From a virus, in IMG/VR virus record IMGVR_UViG_3300012662_000001, positions 1-64,000 of that record: a stretch of 64,000 bases of DNA; one strand, given 5' to 3'. Numbering within the stretch: position 1 is the first letter of the stretch; each line of letters starts with the position of its first letter. Below are positions 61,990-64,000 of this stretch, in pieces. The notes under the pieces are model-generated. The model was not told where the DNA came from. It saw only the letters and a list, made by a program, of their open reading frames with translations, and made no database searches. A program made the position numbers and the translations under genes.

Positions 61990-62754
61990 ATGTTAGAATT
62001 GACAGAAAACCAGAAGAATGATGAACTCGTAAAGTCTCTGTTGGATAGCGGCTTTTCTGAGGAGACCATTGCAGGTTGGATCAACTCTGGCGACATTACC
62101 CTGAAGTCTGAGGAAACCAAGGGCGACGGTGGTGAGGAAGAGGAGCCAAAGAATGATCCTGACAACGGTTCTGAGGGTGAGGGCGGTGAGCACGAGCCTG
62201 AGGAAGAGGATGACAAGGACAAGAAGGAAAAGTCCGAAGGCTGTGACGGTGACGGCAAGGAGGGTGAGAATGATGACCCCGAACCGCCTATTGCCAAGAG
62301 CCTTGACAAGGATGATCTGATGAAGAGCCTTGCTTCCGTGCTTGATGAGCGTGATGACGTTCTGAAATCTATGGTTGCTGATTCCTTTAAGGATGTGCTT
62401 GCAAAGGTTGACGGTCTTGTTAAGTCCATTGACGGTCTTGTTACAAAGATTGATGCAATCGGTGATCAGGCTCCAGCGTTTAAGTCAGTTGGACTGAATC
62501 GTGCTGTACTTGAGAAGTCCATTGGTGGCGGCGCAAAGGATGACAATGACAAGACTATTCTCAGTGTCAGCCGTGATCGTATGGTTGTTAGAGCGCTGAT
62601 TGAAAAGGCCATTGACGAGGAGAAGGATGAGGTTATTCAGAAGTCACTTCGTGACGAGACCCTGAACTACCTTATAGATCCTATTGGTGGTGCAATCGGT
62701 GAGACAGCCGCACGCTATATGTACAATAACAAGAACGTGCGTCTTGTGAAATAA
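61990..62754 (+). CDS. scaffolding-like acidic protein
   Basis: a very acidic Glu/Asp/Gly tract, then a helical region; lies between the protease and the capsid gene. Confidence 0.4.
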   Translation: MLELTENQKNDELVKSLLDSGFSEETIAGWINSGDITLKSEETKGDGGEEEEPKNDPDNGSEGEGGEHEPEEEDDKDKKEKSEGCDGDGKEGENDDPEPPIAKSLDKDDLMKSLASVLDERDDVLKSMVADSFKDVLAKVDGLVKSIDGLVTKIDAIGDQAPAFKSVGLNRAVLEKSIGGGAKDDNDKTILSVSRDRMVVRALIEKAIDEEKDEVIQKSLRDETLNYLIDPIGGAIGETAARYMYNNKNVRLVK

Positions 62755-62791
62755 TTTCGCAGTTATAAACTACTTAATTTTATAGTTCATT

Positions 62792-64000
62792 ATGGATTTG
62801 TTTAACTACACAGGCAACGAAAATGCCAATTCGCTTGAGTCAATGTCCTCAGAGGAGATTCTCAAGGCGATGGAAGCTGGTCTGCTGACTGGAATGCAGT
62901 ATGACAATCAGCTCAACAACGGTGGCGGTCTGAAACCGGAATCTCTGGACGGAGTTCTCAAGAACCTCGAGAACAGGCTTGATCAGCTTGTTTTCTGGAA
63001 TGAACTCGGAAGACAGAGAATCGAGAACACCGTACATCAGTACAATCAACTCTACAAGTACGGTCAGGAAGTCGGCATCTTCAATGTTGAAGGAGAAACC
63101 CCTACCGAGACCGATTCTATCTACAGACGTAAGTCAGTAGTTGTGAAGTTCACAGGCGTTACTGGACAGGTAACTCATCCGGGAATGATTGTGAAGACCG
63201 TTGTGGGCTCGCTCTACACCAAGGAGGTTGAGAATAAGACAATTTTGCTTCAGACCATTCTTGACAAGAAAGTCATTGATGCTGATTCTAACAAGGTTCC
63301 GGAGGAGTTTGACGGTGTGTTCGCACAGCACGTTGCAGGTATCAATGACATCACAGGTGGTCTTCTCGGTAAGACTTCTGAGCAGGTGCTTGACGCCTAC
63401 TTCGGAGACGTGGCCGTTATTAACGCAAATGGTTCAGTTCTTACTGACGCACTTGTTGAGGATGCCGCACAGGCTGTTGTCAATGACAGAAACGGTATCA
63501 TCGATCGCATTGTTTCCTCTCCAGTCGTATTCAACAACTATGTTAAACTCTTTCACGAATCGAAGCGTGTCATTGTTGGAATGCAGGGTGGCGTCGTAGG
63601 TGCTACTATGGGTCAGTCCGTCAACGATATCACAACTCAGTTCGGTAAGGTTGCTATCAAGGCCGACAAATACTTTGACTGGAACGCTCCAGTGAAACTT
63701 GGTCGCGCCAAGACATCTGACAAGGCTCCAAACGCTCCAGTGAAGGACACTTCCGCAGCCGTATCAGTGGCCGTTGATGCAAAGGGTCAGTTTGGTACAA
63801 TGCACGCTGGAAACTACTTCTATGCAGTGGTGGCTGTTAATAGATATGGTGAATCAGAACTCGTACTTCTTAACGATGATGCACAGGCGGTAGGTGCAAC
63901 ACAGTCTGTGACATTGAAGTTCACAGGTGCTATATCGTCTGCATATCCTGAGACCTGTTATGTTATCTATCGTACCGAAGCCAATCCAGCAGACAAGAAC
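62792..64000 (+). CDS. major capsid protein (HK97-fold), 3'-truncated by the window edge
   Basis: 403 codons from ATG 62792 to the window end with no stop, so it is absent from the ORF track. Starts MDLFNYTGNENANSLESMS...GGGLKPESLDGVLKNLE. Position after protease/scaffold is typical. Confidence 0.6.
   Translation, partial: MDLFNYTGNENANSLESMSSEEILKAMEAGLLTGMQYDNQLNNGGGLKPESLDGVLKNLENRLDQLVFWNELGRQRIENTVHQYNQLYKYGQEVGIFNVEGETPTETDSIYRRKSVVVKFTGVTGQVTHPGMIVKTVVGSLYTKEVENKTILLQTILDKKVIDADSNKVPEEFDGVFAQHVAGINDITGGLLGKTSEQVLDAYFGDVAVINANGSVLTDALVEDAAQAVVNDRNGIIDRIVSSPVVFNNYVKLFHESKRVIVGMQGGVVGATMGQSVNDITTQFGKVAIKADKYFDWNAPVKLGRAKTSDKAPNAPVKDTSAAVSVAVDAKGQFGTMHAGNYFYAVVAVNRYGESELVLLNDDAQAVGATQSVTLKFTGAISSAYPETCYVIYRTEANPADKN

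Overview
The window is a densely coded, mostly plus-strand segment of a large tailed dsDNA phage, possibly a phage-plasmid, of a Bacteroidota host. The host call rests on many Bacteroides-type promoters (CTTG at -33, TAnnTTTG at -7) and a BACON-domain protein.

Gene order, left to right:
1. Replication and recombination module. A DnaE-type polymerase gene is interrupted twice, by a putative group I intron carrying a GIY-YIG homing endonuclease and by a LAGLIDADG intein. It is followed by SbcD-RecA-SbcC-RuvC, a small HD-domain (p)ppGpp hydrolase, NAD-dependent ligase, SNF2 helicase, RNase H, a UvrD-like helicase and GroEL.
2. A BACON-domain gene whose C-terminal part lies inside a 1.7-kb segment bounded by perfect 48-bp inverted repeats. 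A promoterless alternative cassette sits on the other strand. A Dcm methyltransferase, a Dps-like ferritin and an ECF sigma factor follow.
3. A run of small genes, each behind the same promoter/operator cassette. Two paralogous Rep-like genes have 22-bp-periodic iterons. Also here are a second UvrD-like helicase, a lysis cassette, HU and a HAD phosphatase.
4. A minus-strand island encoding a C1 papain-like peptidase, a decayed HExxH gene, a lipoprotein, a secreted protein and a second Dcm.
5. The start of the virion module: paralogous proteins sharing an NRRLHRVGQxYG motif, portal, MuF, a Nudix-containing protein, prohead protease, a scaffold-like protein and a 3'-truncated major capsid gene.

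I found no rRNA, convincing tRNA, CRISPR array, integrase, invertase or terminase in this window. All functional calls come from motif recognition by eye; no database search was run.
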